A DNA stretch of 64,000 nt from an uncultured Candidatus Peribacteria bacterium (lineage in GTDB: Bacteria > Patescibacteriota > Gracilibacteria > RBG-16-42-10), in the NCBI GenBank assembly GCA_964514565.1, contig CAZERA010000002.1, positions 62,001 to 126,000 of the forward strand, read 5' to 3'. The translations under genes were made by a program, and so were the position numbers. Each line of letters begins with the position of its first letter. Positions within the stretch are counted from its first letter, which is position 1. The notes under the pieces were generated by a model. The model saw nothing but the letters and a program-made list of their open reading frames with translations, was not told where the DNA came from and made no database searches. Below are positions 40,919-50,733 of this stretch, in pieces.

Positions 40919-42961
40919 TTACTTCATCATTGCCGCCATCAATGGAGCAATAATAAGAGAGATTGTACTAATTACTTTGATCAAAGCATTGATAGCAGGA
41001 CCTGCGGTATCCTTGTAAGGATCACCAACGGTATCACCTACTACTGCTGCTTTATGAGCATCTGAACCCTTACCACCAAAATTACCTTTTTCAATATACT
41101 TCTTAGCATTATCCCAAGCACCACCACCAGTACACATAGAAATAGCAGCTACCAAACCAGACACGATCACACCAGCCAATAAGCCAGCAAGTGCATCAGG
41201 TCCAAGCAACAATCCTACAGCTACTGGAGTCACTACAGCCATCAAACCAGGCATAATCATTTCGTACAAAGCTGCCTTGGTCACGATGTCAGCACATGCC
41301 TTGTAATCTGGCTTAGCAGTACCTTCCATAATGCCTTTGATGTCACGGAACTGACGGCGAACTTCATCAACTACTTTGTGTGCAGCACGACCTACCGCTT
41401 GCATACAATAAGAAGAGAAAAATGCTGGTAATAAAGCACCAAGGAACAAACCAACCAAAACTAAAGGATTACTGATCTTTTCACCCAATTGATGTCCCAT
41501 CTTAATAAACTCTTCATTGTAAGCTTGGAACAATACCAATGCAGCCAATGCAGCTGAACCGATCGCATAGCCTTTGGTCACAGCCTTGGTAGTATTTCCG
41601 ACTGCATCCAAAGCATCAGTTACTTCACGCACAGATTCTGGCAACTGTGCCATCTCAGCGATACCACCAGCATTGTCAGTAATTGGACCATAAGCATCCA
41701 TCGCAATCACGATACCAGTAGTAGAAAGCATCGCTACAGCAGCAATTGCTACACCAAATATACCGCTATGTAAGCTAGACATATCGCCTAGGTAGAAAGC
41801 AGTCAAAATAGCAGCAACGATCGCGATTACTGGCCAGAAAGTGCTTCGCAAACCATAAGCAAGACCAATAATTACATTTGTGCCAGCACCAGTTTCAGAA
41901 GCCTTAGCAATAGCTTTCACTGGAGCATATTGAGTAGATGTGTAGTATTCAGTAATGACATTCATCAAGAGTGTCAGCACAATACCTACCAACGTAGCAG
42001 CAAACATATAACGATCTCCACTGAGCATACTATTGGTCACAAAGTAGAAACCAATCGCAGCCAAAATACTAGTAACAATCAACCCCTTGTACAAAGCCCC
42101 CATAATATTCTTGCTCTTCCCCAAACGTACAAAGAATCCACCGACAATAGAAGCAATAATAGCTACAGCGCCTAAAGCCAAAGGATATTCAATAGCCAGC
42201 TGAGCAAAATTACCTTGGAAAGTAGAAGAAGCTAATACCAATGCCGCAATCAAAGTCACAGCATAGGTTTCAAAAAGATCAGCTCCCATACCAGCTACAT
42301 CACCAACGTTGTCACCAACATTGTCTGCAATTACAGCAGGATTACGTGGATCATCCTCAGGAATGTTCTTTTCAATTTTACCGACCAAGTCAGCTCCCAC
42401 ATCAGCAGCTTTGGTAAAAATACCACCACCAACACGTGCAAATAAACTAATCAGTGAAGCACCGAAACCAAAACCAATCAACAAACTAGGAATAGCATGA
42501 TTATCATAACCAGCTGATTTGAGAATCAAATAAAAGCCAGTTACACCCAGAAGAGCCAAACCTACTACTGCCAAACCAGTAACCATACCACCACGGAAAG
42601 CAATGCTCATCGCTGGTTGGAGACCTTCTTTGGCACGGAATGCTGTGCGCACATTTGTACGAGTACATACACCCATACCAATATAAGCAGCTGCTAGTGA
42701 AAGAATAGCACCTGCCAAGAAACCAGCAGCGAGTACCCAGTTCAAGAAATAGCCTAGGATCAAAAGAATCACCACTACGAATACAGCGATCGTTTTTGTC
42801 TGACGACCAAGATAAGCTTGCGCACCCTCACGGATAGCTAAAGCAATATCATTCATCTTTTGGTCAGTCACTTTGACCTTCATGATAGACACAACATAAA
42901 TTGCTGCGAAAACCAGCGCGATTACGCTAGCACCCAGAGCATACCAAACAGCAGATTGCAT
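40919..42961 (-). CDS. hppA: Membrane-bound H+-translocating pyrophosphatase, K+-independent signature
   Basis: [55 protein letters not shown]. Confidence 0.97.
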   Translation of the reverse strand: MQSAVWYALGASVIALVFAAIYVVSIMKVKVTDQKMNDIALAIREGAQAYLGRQTKTIAVFVVVILLILGYFLNWVLAAGFLAGAILSLAAAYIGMGVCTRTNVRTAFRAKEGLQPAMSIAFRGGMVTGLAVVGLALLGVTGFYLILKSAGYDNHAIPSLLIGFGFGASLISLFARVGGGIFTKAADVGADLVGKIEKNIPEDDPRNPAVIADNVGDNVGDVAGMGADLFETYAVTLIAALVLASSTFQGNFAQLAIEYPLALGAVAIIASIVGGFFVRLGKSKNIMGALYKGLIVTSILAAIGFYFVTNSMLSGDRYMFAATLVGIVLTLLMNVITEYYTSTQYAPVKAIAKASETGAGTNVIIGLAYGLRSTFWPVIAIVAAILTAFYLGDMSSLHSGIFGVAIAAVAMLSTTGIVIAMDAYGPITDNAGGIAEMAQLPESVREVTDALDAVGNTTKAVTKGYAIGSAALAALVLFQAYNEEFIKMGHQLGEKISNPLVLVGLFLGALLPAFFSSYCMQAVGRAAHKVVDEVRRQFRDIKGIMEGTAKPDYKACADIVTKAALYEMIMPGLMAVVTPVAVGLLLGPDALAGLLAGVIVSGLVAAISMCTGGGAWDNAKKYIEKGNFGGKGSDAHKAAVVGDTVGDPYKDTAGPAINALIKVISTISLIIAPLMAAMMK

Positions 42962-43008
42962 AGAGAGGTGAAGTTAAATTCTCGCGCAATATAGCACGCT
43001 CCACATTT

Positions 43009-43135
43009 AAGTAAAAGGTAAGCAGTAAGAGTTAAAAAGTTGGCACACAAAAACATAGCTTATCCACTAACCTACTCCGCTACTGCGGACTAACGGCCAC
43101 TCTAATTCTTACCTTTTACTTATTACTTTTTAACC
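43009..43135. repeat. Gene-less heptamer inverted-repeat element with internal TCCGC-N4-GCGGA hairpin
   Basis: AAGTAAAAGGTAAGCAGTAAGAGTTAAAAAGTTG ... TTCTTACCTTTTACTTATTACTTTTTAACC. Confidence 0.7.
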
Positions 43136-43278
43136 GCATACACCACATTGGCCATGCTCTGATTATGAGAACTAACTGTTCTGCTAAAAATAACTTGGTA
43201 GGTGCCAAACCAAACTACGGCAATCAAAATAGTAAACACCAAAGCGATACGGCGCAAATAATATAAAGGGGAATACAT
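43123..43278 (-). CDS. Small single-TM hypothetical protein
   Basis: 51-aa ORF with a hydrophobic helix; the stop lies in the repeat arm. Confidence 0.45.
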   Translation of the reverse strand: MYSPLYYLRRIALVFTILIAVVWFGTYQVIFSRTVSSHNQSMANVVYAVKK

Positions 43279-43362
43279 ATTTGGTTTTTGTTTTGAAATT
43301 TCTTTTAAGTATACCACAAAATATGCTAAAATAAATATGTATTTCTTTGATGATCCCGATCT

Positions 43363-44154
43363 ATGTTGTGTCTCACTACTGGTTGTCTCTACAAATATGG
43401 CCTCAATCGTATTTTTGAATTCACTAAAGATGCTGGCTTTGAAGGCTTGGATATAATCCTAAACGACATATTCGACACACGAGATCCTGACTATTTACTG
43501 CGTTTGCAAGAATTTTTCAAGCTGCCAGTGGTCAGTCTTTCTTTGCCTTCAGACAGTACACCAAAAAGATTTCAAGCAGCATTAGAGATAGCGGAAACAG
43601 CAAATATCCCATTGCTCAATGCCCGAGCACCTCTTTTTACCAATATCAGATATGCTCAGTGGTTCAAAAATGAGATTCCCAAAATCCAAAAGCGTACCAA
43701 GGTAAAGATTGCCATTGAGAATCCCCCTAATAATGGCGGCTTTTTCTTACCTCAATACTCACTACGTAATATCGAGGATCTTCGTAGATTCGATTATATC
43801 TGTCTAGATACTTGCCATTTGGCATCGCAAAAACTACCACTGCTGCGTGTTTACAAGATCATCCGCAAACGTTTGGAGTTTGTTTATATTTCCAACTTTC
43901 ACAATGGTCTGTCCAACCAAGCTTTAGACGAAGGCGAAATTCCTCTAGAAAGTTTCCTTACTCACTTACGCAAAGACAACTTCACCAAGCCTATTTGTAT
44001 CAAATTCAATCTTGAAGCAATGGGTGCTGGCGATAAGAACAAAGTAATGGAGAACCTCCGTAGAGCCAAAAGCTTTTATGAAGAGTATTTCTTGAAAAAG
44101 CAAATTGACGATATGCCTAGCCCAGATGATGACAACAACGAAAAAGCTGAATAA
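43363..44154 (+). CDS. Sugar phosphate isomerase/epimerase / AP endonuclease 2 TIM-barrel protein
   Basis: AGFEGLDI, IAIEN, CLDTCH, GEIPL; some metal ligands look degenerate. Confidence 0.75.
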   Translation: MLCLTTGCLYKYGLNRIFEFTKDAGFEGLDIILNDIFDTRDPDYLLRLQEFFKLPVVSLSLPSDSTPKRFQAALEIAETANIPLLNARAPLFTNIRYAQWFKNEIPKIQKRTKVKIAIENPPNNGGFFLPQYSLRNIEDLRRFDYICLDTCHLASQKLPLLRVYKIIRKRLEFVYISNFHNGLSNQALDEGEIPLESFLTHLRKDNFTKPICIKFNLEAMGAGDKNKVMENLRRAKSFYEEYFLKKQIDDMPSPDDDNNEKAE

Positions 44155-44156
44155 CA

Positions 44157-45296
44157 ATGACCGCTTTACTTAGTCGCAGTGGCATCCAAAAAGTACTAGA
44201 TCGCCTACCATATCTCAGCAAAGAAGATTTCCTAGCATCCCTACCAATTGCTGGGACACTTTTAGAATTGACTGAAGGGAAAAAGATTATTGGCTACGGC
44301 TATAGCGGCCGTGGTCATCGCTATGATGCTTGTGTAACAGAAACTCCACTGCACAAAATCTTTTTCACCAAGAAACTGCGCGCAGCGTATCAAAGAAGAC
44401 AGCACAACTTTGATCTATTGCCACAAGCATACCGGTTGATCCACAATGAAGCAGATGAGATACCTGGCATTACTATAGAGATTTTTCTCACCTATGCGGT
44501 AATTACTTACTTCAACCAAGGCATACTAGCTCATGAGCAGGCTTTAATTGAAGCACTACAAAGCGTACTCAAACTAGACGGCATCTATGCAAAATACCGC
44601 ACACCTGAGCCTTCCCCTATCCATACAAAGCTTGTCTGGGGAGAATCCGCACCTGAAGAAATCATCATTGAGGAAGGAAAAGGCAAATATGCTGTGCGCA
44701 TTATGGAAGGACTGATGACCGGTTTATTTTTGGATCAACGAGCCAACCGTGATTGGTTACAAAAACATAGCGATCGCAAAAGAGTCTGCAATACGTTTAG
44801 CTATACAGGAAGTCTTAGCATCGCTTGCGGTCTAGGCAACGCTTTCGTCACTCGCAGTATAGATTTATCTCGCACATATACTGATTGGTGCAGACACAAT
44901 TTAGCTTTAAATGACTTACTCATTCCTGAGCATGAAAGCATTACCAGTGACACCTTTGCTCATTTTGCTTACTGCAAACGAAAAGGAGTGAAATATGACC
45001 TGATTATTTTAGATCCACCCACTTTTTCTAAAAACAAAAAAGGCACATTTTCGGTACCAGATAACTATGAACGATTAGTAAAAGAGGCAATTGAACTTTT
45101 GTCACCTAAAGGTTTTTTAATGAGCTGTACCAATTATAGCCAGTGGTCATTAGCCCAATTCAAGCGTCTCCACCAAAACTGGATCGCCAGACATTACCGT
45201 GTCGTACATGAAGGTGGAGCTGATTTAGATTTTCCCAAGCATCCCTATTGGCCTGAGTCTGAGCATTTGAAGTGTATTGTCTTGCAGTTAAATTAA
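44157..45296 (+). CDS. RlmI/RlmK-like SAM-dependent rRNA methyltransferase
   Basis: AYRLIHNEAD, TGLFLDQR, NTFSYTGS, IILDPPTF. Confidence 0.9.
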   Translation: MTALLSRSGIQKVLDRLPYLSKEDFLASLPIAGTLLELTEGKKIIGYGYSGRGHRYDACVTETPLHKIFFTKKLRAAYQRRQHNFDLLPQAYRLIHNEADEIPGITIEIFLTYAVITYFNQGILAHEQALIEALQSVLKLDGIYAKYRTPEPSPIHTKLVWGESAPEEIIIEEGKGKYAVRIMEGLMTGLFLDQRANRDWLQKHSDRKRVCNTFSYTGSLSIACGLGNAFVTRSIDLSRTYTDWCRHNLALNDLLIPEHESITSDTFAHFAYCKRKGVKYDLIILDPPTFSKNKKGTFSVPDNYERLVKEAIELLSPKGFLMSCTNYSQWSLAQFKRLHQNWIARHYRVVHEGGADLDFPKHPYWPESEHLKCIVLQLN

Positions 45297-45407
45297 TGCG
45301 CACAAGTATACAAAACGAAATCTATTGTTTAGCTGAGCACCAAAGCTAAACAATATTGCCAAACTAAAAATCAGCCAATATAGTATATTCCAATCAAATG
45401 TTATTTC

Positions 45408-45638
45408 ATGAGAACATCGCTTAGTAGAGGCAGTGATTTGCCATTAGTAGGAGCCATTACCCTGATTATTATCATTGCAGGTCAAAATCCCAACTGTACT
45501 AGTAAAACCACTCCAAACAGAGACAGTCAAACAGCTCAACAATCAGACCATTTGGCTATTCGTGATGAAACAATCAAAGCTTGGGAAGCTCAAGTAAGAC
45601 TGACCTTGCGCGATGCATTCGGGAAAATCAAACTTTAA
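45408..45638 (+). CDS. Small hypothetical protein with N-terminal hydrophobic segment
   Basis: 76-aa ORF whose stop overlaps the lysA stop (TTAA). Confidence 0.45.
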   Translation: MRTSLSRGSDLPLVGAITLIIIIAGQNPNCTSKTTPNRDSQTAQQSDHLAIRDETIKAWEAQVRLTLRDAFGKIKL

Positions 45639-46876
45639 AACTGTAAAGTCGCGAATAGGTCATCAAGAGTCTCAGCCCGACGGATCAGATCTACAGTACC
45701 ATCCTGATGCATGAGTAACTCAGCTGAGCGTAATTTACCGTTATAATTGAATCCCATGGCGTGCCCATGAGCACCGGTATCATGGATCACTACAACGTCT
45801 CCTCTCTCGATCTCAGGTAACTTCCGATCGATAGCAAACTTATCGTTGTTTTCACATAGTCCACCAGTCACATCATAGAGATGATCCTGAGGCTCATTCT
45901 CTTTATTGAGCACGGTGATGTGATGATAAGCACCGTACATACCTGGGCGCATCAAATTAGCCATACAAGCATCCAGACCGGCATAGTCCTTGTAGATATG
46001 CTTCATATGCAGCACAGTAGAAACCAAATAGCCGTGTGGTCCAGTAATAGAGCGGCCACATTCCATAGCTAGCTTGAGTGGTGGTAATCCTGCATCTAGA
46101 ATGTACTCTTTATACATTTTTGCTACTCCGTTACCGACCGCTTGTAGGTCTACAAAAGATTGCTCTGGTTTATAAGGAATACCAATCCCCCCACCTAGAT
46201 TAACAAAATCAAAATTAACCCCGACCTCTTTACTAATTTTAGCCACGAGTTCAAAAACCATTTGAGCAGTATCCACAAAGTACTGAGCGTTAAGCTCATT
46301 GGATGCCACCATGGTATGCAGGCCAAAATGCTTTACCCCTTTTGCTTTAGCAATACGATATGCCTCAAACATTTGATCATAGGTCAAACCGTATTTTGCT
46401 TCTTCAGGCTTACCAATAATAGTATTGCCCTCTCGTGCTGGCCCAGGATTGTAGCGAAAACAAAGCATATCAGGCATTTGTCCACACTCCTCAATAAATT
46501 CGATATGACTGATGTCATCTAAGTTTATAATGGCCCCCAACTCCAATGCCTTGGCCATATCTTCTTTTGGCATATCATTGGCAGTAAACATAATATCTTT
46601 GCCATTAAATCCCCCACGCTCAGCCAACACTAATTCAGCTAAAGAACTACAATCAACACCCAGACCTTCTGAGCGAATAACAGCTAAGATACTAGGATTA
46701 GGCAGCGCTTTGACTGCATAATATTCGCGGAACCCTGGCATCCAACTAAATGCAGCATTGAGACTTTGGCAACTTTTCCTGATACCTGCTTCATCATAAA
46801 TATGAAATGGCGTAGGATACTTCTTGATAATTTGATCTATTTGTTCTGCAGTAAACGGAAGTTGTTTGATAGTCAT
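45635..46876 (-). CDS. lysA: Diaminopimelate decarboxylase
   Basis: YAVKA (PLP Lys), NLGGG, ECGRSI, LMRPGMYGAYHH, LCENNDKF, GAHGHAMGFNYNG; start at 46876 because the longer ORF call overlaps the tRNA. Confidence 0.95.
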   Translation of the reverse strand: MTIKQLPFTAEQIDQIIKKYPTPFHIYDEAGIRKSCQSLNAAFSWMPGFREYYAVKALPNPSILAVIRSEGLGVDCSSLAELVLAERGGFNGKDIMFTANDMPKEDMAKALELGAIINLDDISHIEFIEECGQMPDMLCFRYNPGPAREGNTIIGKPEEAKYGLTYDQMFEAYRIAKAKGVKHFGLHTMVASNELNAQYFVDTAQMVFELVAKISKEVGVNFDFVNLGGGIGIPYKPEQSFVDLQAVGNGVAKMYKEYILDAGLPPLKLAMECGRSITGPHGYLVSTVLHMKHIYKDYAGLDACMANLMRPGMYGAYHHITVLNKENEPQDHLYDVTGGLCENNDKFAIDRKLPEIERGDVVVIHDTGAHGHAMGFNYNGKLRSAELLMHQDGTVDLIRRAETLDDLFATLQF

Positions 46877-46963
46877 AATAAATAGTTCTAATGCAATTTT
46901 ATTTAATTCAGAAAAAGCTGTCTTTAGCTGATACTGAGGACTTTGGTACGAACTTGGGGTAGG

Positions 46964-46979
46964 TCCCGCTTGTGCGGGA
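46964..46979. repeat. REP-like palindrome abutting the tRNA-Gln 3' end
   Basis: TCCCGC TTGT GCGGGA. Confidence 0.7.
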
Positions 46980-47053
46980 TGGTTCGGGGATAGGGACTCG
47001 AACCCCAACTCACAGCTCCAGAGGCTGTTGTCCTACCATTAGACGATCCCCGA
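46980..47053 (-). tRNA. tRNA-Gln(CTG)
   Basis: Reverse complement TCGGGGATCGTCTAATGGTAGGAC-AACAGCCT-CTG-GAGCTGT...GGTTCGAGTCC...CCCCGAACCA; cloverleaf with encoded CCA. Confidence 0.96.
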
Positions 47054-47110
47054 ATACAAAACAAACCGGGCCGATATTAGCTTACTTTGAGGGTGTAGGA
47101 AAGCCCAAGC

Positions 47111-47235
47111 AAGGTAGGTAAGAGTTAATAAGTAAGAGGTGAAAAATGTAGCTGCTAGTTTTCCATATGCATGGAGAGCATGATGGATCTATAAGCCAAT
47201 ACATTTCTTACCTCTTACCTTTTACTTTTTACCTC
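47111..47235. repeat. Gene-less heptamer inverted-repeat element
   Basis: AAGGTAGGTAAGAGTTAATAAGTAAGAGGTGAAAAATG ... CATTTCTTACCTCTTACCTTTTACTTTTTACCTC. Confidence 0.75.
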
Positions 47236-47273
47236 ATAAGCTTAAACTGAAATTGTCAGTCCCCAAAAATAAC

Positions 47274-48203
47274 ATGCTCGATAATAAAAGTATTGTCGAC
47301 TACATCACCGAGTTTCTCGAACATGCTGAGATCAATAAGAATCAGGCCATGAAGACTATCATCAACTATCAGCATTATTTGATGCGATTTGTTGATTTCG
47401 CTGGTCTCATCAAGCCCCATGAGATTACTACCGTGATTACCCAGAAGTACCGTGTGTACTTGAATAGAATCAATGACAAACATGGATTACCACTGAGTAA
47501 GAAGACTCAAAGCTATCACATGATAGCGCTGCGTGCTTTTTTGAAATACTTATTACGAATGGACATACCTACTCTCAGTCCTGAAAAAGTAGATGTGGGT
47601 AAGCTAGAACAACGCAGTGTGGAATTTTTGCAATCAGAAGAAATTAAAGCGTTGTTGGCTACGATCGACACCAGCAAGACTATCGGCATTCGCAACCTAG
47701 CAATCATTGAGCTGCTTTATTCTACTGGTTTGCGTGTAAGCGAAATGGTGAATCTCGATCGTGATCGTATTGATCTAATCAGAAGAGAATTCATGGTCAG
47801 AGGCAAAGGCTCCAAAACGCGCATTGTATTCATCAGCAAACACGCAGCAAATATGGTAGAAAACTATCTGGCTACTCGAGATGACAAATGGAAACCACTT
47901 TTTATTAGCTACAGCCGACCGCGCAATCAAGGCATCAAAAGTCTAGGTGAACACAAAAGAATCACAGCACTCAGTATCCAAAATATGGTAAGAACCTACG
48001 CCCTCAAAGCCGGCATTCAAAAACACGTTACACCGCATACACTCCGACACTCTTTTGCTACCAATCTACTACAAAATGGCGCTGACCTGCGCTCAGTACA
48101 AGAACTCTTGGGTCATGCCAGCATTACTACTACCCAGGTTTATACACACTTAACTGATCGTAGACTACGAGAGGTCCACGAGAAGTTTCATCACAGTACC
48201 TAA
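47274..48203 (+). CDS. XerC/XerD-family tyrosine recombinase
   Basis: TGLRVSE, GKGSK, TPHTLRHSFAT, VQELLGHASITTTQVYTH; complete R-K-H-R-H-Y catalytic set. Confidence 0.95.
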   Translation: MLDNKSIVDYITEFLEHAEINKNQAMKTIINYQHYLMRFVDFAGLIKPHEITTVITQKYRVYLNRINDKHGLPLSKKTQSYHMIALRAFLKYLLRMDIPTLSPEKVDVGKLEQRSVEFLQSEEIKALLATIDTSKTIGIRNLAIIELLYSTGLRVSEMVNLDRDRIDLIRREFMVRGKGSKTRIVFISKHAANMVENYLATRDDKWKPLFISYSRPRNQGIKSLGEHKRITALSIQNMVRTYALKAGIQKHVTPHTLRHSFATNLLQNGADLRSVQELLGHASITTTQVYTHLTDRRLREVHEKFHHST

Positions 48204-48207
48204 AACT

Positions 48208-48765
48208 CTAACGACCAGGGTTAGCTTGACCATCCCCTATCGGAGCGACTGGACGAGCTGTAATCAACAGGTTCGGATTGACTTGAATGACTCGGCTATC
48301 AGTAGGAATCCCCACTCGTGGTTGAGCAGAGACAGTTGGATTACCCAAACTAGTAGGGTTGACGACCGCAGTACCAGAACGAGGCGAAACAGGTACAGCA
48401 ACAGGCACTACTGGTGTAGCTACTGGCACAGCATTGCCATACATACTACCAGTATCCAAATAGTTGGTAATAGTGGTGACTGCAGCGTAAGCCAAAAGAA
48501 TAATCACAATACCAGTGACGGCATAGGTCATAATTGTTTTTGCTTTCTTCACTTTCTCACCTTGTCCTCTAGAAAGCATATAAGAAAACCCCGCCCAGAC
48601 AAACATCAAGAATGCCAACGTCCCCACAAAACCCAAAAACCAATTGAGAATTGTACCGACCAATACTACAAAACTAGTCTGAGTGGAAAGACCACCTGGA
48701 CGATCAAAGCCTTGTGTAGTAAAGCCATTTAGACGCGCTATTTGGAGAAAGAACCACGCAGACAT
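48208..48765 (-). CDS. TrbC/VirB2-like pilin with Pro/Val-rich C-terminal tail
   Basis: WAGFSYMLSRG..EKVKKAK..MTYAVTGIVIILLAY motif. Confidence 0.8.
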   Translation of the reverse strand: MSAWFFLQIARLNGFTTQGFDRPGGLSTQTSFVVLVGTILNWFLGFVGTLAFLMFVWAGFSYMLSRGQGEKVKKAKTIMTYAVTGIVIILLAYAAVTTITNYLDTGSMYGNAVPVATPVVPVAVPVSPRSGTAVVNPTSLGNPTVSAQPRVGIPTDSRVIQVNPNLLITARPVAPIGDGQANPGR

Positions 48766-48791
48766 AGAGTACAAATCAATGGTAGAAACAA

Positions 48792-48833
48792 GAAAAGACC
48801 CGGCCAACTATATACTAGCAGCCGAGTCTTTTC
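48792..48833 (-). terminator. Intrinsic terminator between the two pilin genes
   Basis: Minus strand GAAAAGACTCGGC...GCCGGGTCTTTTC followed by TTGTTT. Confidence 0.7.
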
Positions 48834-48846
48834 CAAAAGCACAGAA

Positions 48847-49209
48847 TTAACGACCAGCTAAACTGCTAGTAAGTGTATTGACGATTGCGTATGACAACAA
48901 AATAATTACGATACCAATGATAGCGTAAAGGATTGTGTTCTTCGCATCTTTTGTAGCATCAGATTTACCAGATGAAGTAAGGTAACGGAAGCCACCCCAA
49001 ATCAACATAAGTACAGCTAGTGTACCAACGAAACCAAGAAGGAAGTTGATAATGAATGTCAACAAATCGAGGAAGCTGGTCTGGGCTGGAAGATTGTCAG
49101 GAAGAGGCAAGGTATTGCTACCAAGACCTGTACCGCCTGATACAGCGAATACTGCACGAGGAGTAAGCATGAGAGCAACTCCAAGCAAACCTTGAGTGAA
49201 ACGTTTCAT
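48847..49209 (-). CDS. TrbC/VirB2-like pilin (probable major pilin)
   Basis: Signal peptide ending VFA; WGGFRYLTSSG...AKNTILYAIIGIVIILLSY motif; strong SD upstream. Confidence 0.85.
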   Translation of the reverse strand: MKRFTQGLLGVALMLTPRAVFAVSGGTGLGSNTLPLPDNLPAQTSFLDLLTFIINFLLGFVGTLAVLMLIWGGFRYLTSSGKSDATKDAKNTILYAIIGIVIILLSYAIVNTLTSSLAGR

Positions 49210-49214
49210 AGTGC

Positions 49215-49225
49215 TCACCCCCTTT
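49215..49225 (-). promoter_or_regulatory. Extended Shine-Dalgarno sequence
   Basis: AAAGGGGGTGA, 5 nt before the pilin ATG. Confidence 0.75.
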
Positions 49226-49344
49226 CGAGTCTGAGATGAATCAACAGACTGATTATTTGAACTAGCTGATAATTTAGACATGCTTTTTTTTGTTATGTCA
49301 TTACATACTACTATATTTATTTGCCCCAAGTCAATTCCCCCACC

Positions 49345-50733
49345 CTACTTAGTGGTAGTAGCCTTATCACCCTGCACTTGAAAGTATGGAGTAATAATAG
49401 CATTGAGATCATATTCAAGCTTACGCAGAGTATTGAAACTAGTGCTTGCTTTATTAGCTACTTGCTCAATACCATCAGCAAACGCGGTATCAAAAGTAGC
49501 CTTATCAAAGAGCACTAGACTCTCAGCAAATTTGGCCTGACGATGAAATACTCGGAGTGGATTGTCTGAATCAGTATTAATCATATCCTCACGACTAGGT
49601 GGCCGTGGATGATGCTCATAGTAAGCACCCAAAGTAACTTTGCTAGTCATAAATTTAATGAAATCCCAAGCAAGCTGAGGTTGATCAGAGCTCTTTGATA
49701 CAGCAGGTGCCCAGTAACTAGCGAATGCCACCTTTTCATTGTTGGCCGCAGCATCATCACTTTGAGGGATTTCAGCTACATCAAACTTTAAGTTGCTATT
49801 CTTACCCAAGGTCACAATTTGATCATAATCACTTGCATAGCCAAAGAAACAACTCACCTTACCACGAATAAACGCATCAATATCCTGGAAGATATTATTA
49901 GTTTCCTGTCCCTTGAGATAGTTACTATCCCACATATAGTTGGCTGAGCTTGGATCACTATAGCTGACATAATCATCTAATGCCTCTTTGGCATCACGAT
50001 TATCAGCAAGCATTACTGCGCTACACTTTTCATCACGACACACCTTACCTCCCCTCTGAAGAATATTGGTGTAAAGAATGTCTGTCGCATACTTAATATT
50101 CTTCGCTGTTCCTAGGGCTGCACCACTTCTACTAATGATTGTGCCATTTTTAGTAGTCATCGCTGTCACTTGATTTTTGAAATTGGTCCAAGTAGTAGCT
50201 GGACGTGAGCTATTGGTATTTCCTGATTGAAACTGCTGAGTATTATAGTACAGAGCCAAAGTATCTACATAGTGAGGTAACGCATAGATCTTTTTATCAA
50301 AGATCAAATCAGTAGCAGCTACTGGCACAAATTGCTCTTTGAATTGATCAAGCGTCATTTGATCAGCTGGCAATGGCAAAAGCTTATTGTAGTACTTTGG
50401 TAACCAAGTATTATGAATGAACAAAATATCAGGCCCCGTACCTTCGGCCAGCTGATCAAGTAGTAAACGTTCATACTCATCCTCACGCCATTCACGATAT
50501 TTGATATCAAAAGTAGCACTTTCAAATTGAGGTGAAGACTTGGCATACTTAATAAAGTCATCAATCACCGGCTGCATATCAGCCTGAGTATCACCTACTC
50601 CCCAGATAGATAGCGTCAAAGTTTGCTTTTGAGCCCCAGGTCCCCTACCAAAAACTAGAAATAACAAAAACAACAAAACCACCACACCGCCAATAATGGA
50701 GAACAGCTTAATTTGGCTACTACTAAAATTCAT
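49345..50733 (-). CDS. Extracellular solute-binding protein (sugar ABC SBP family 1), membrane-anchored
   Basis: N-terminal TM, GPDILFIHNTW, YALP..VDTLALYYN, AWDFIKF. Confidence 0.88.
   Translation of the reverse strand: MNFSSSQIKLFSIIGGVVVLLFLLFLVFGRGPGAQKQTLTLSIWGVGDTQADMQPVIDDFIKYAKSSPQFESATFDIKYREWREDEYERLLLDQLAEGTGPDILFIHNTWLPKYYNKLLPLPADQMTLDQFKEQFVPVAATDLIFDKKIYALPHYVDTLALYYNTQQFQSGNTNSSRPATTWTNFKNQVTAMTTKNGTIISRSGAALGTAKNIKYATDILYTNILQRGGKVCRDEKCSAVMLADNRDAKEALDDYVSYSDPSSANYMWDSNYLKGQETNNIFQDIDAFIRGKVSCFFGYASDYDQIVTLGKNSNLKFDVAEIPQSDDAAANNEKVAFASYWAPAVSKSSDQPQLAWDFIKFMTSKVTLGAYYEHHPRPPSREDMINTDSDNPLRVFHRQAKFAESLVLFDKATFDTAFADGIEQVANKASTSFNTLRKLEYDLNAIITPYFQVQGDKATTTK

Noticed and set aside
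46877..47008. N-terminal extension of LysA, or a lysine riboswitch
   Set aside because: The extension overlaps tRNA-Gln; the ~100-nt gap is too short for a lysine riboswitch and I see none of its motifs.
26525..47235. CRISPR array
   Set aside because: The repeats are 7-nt tandem units in inverted arms with no regular repeat-spacer periodicity, and there are no cas genes.
46980..48203. Integrated element or prophage at tRNA-Gln with a tyrosine integrase
   Set aside because: The recombinase looks like a housekeeping Xer, lies on the tRNA 5' side, and no duplicated tRNA 3' end or phage/ICE cargo was seen.
48208..49209. Conjugative T4SS locus
   Set aside because: Only VirB2-like pilins are present; no VirB4, VirD4 or relaxase in the window.
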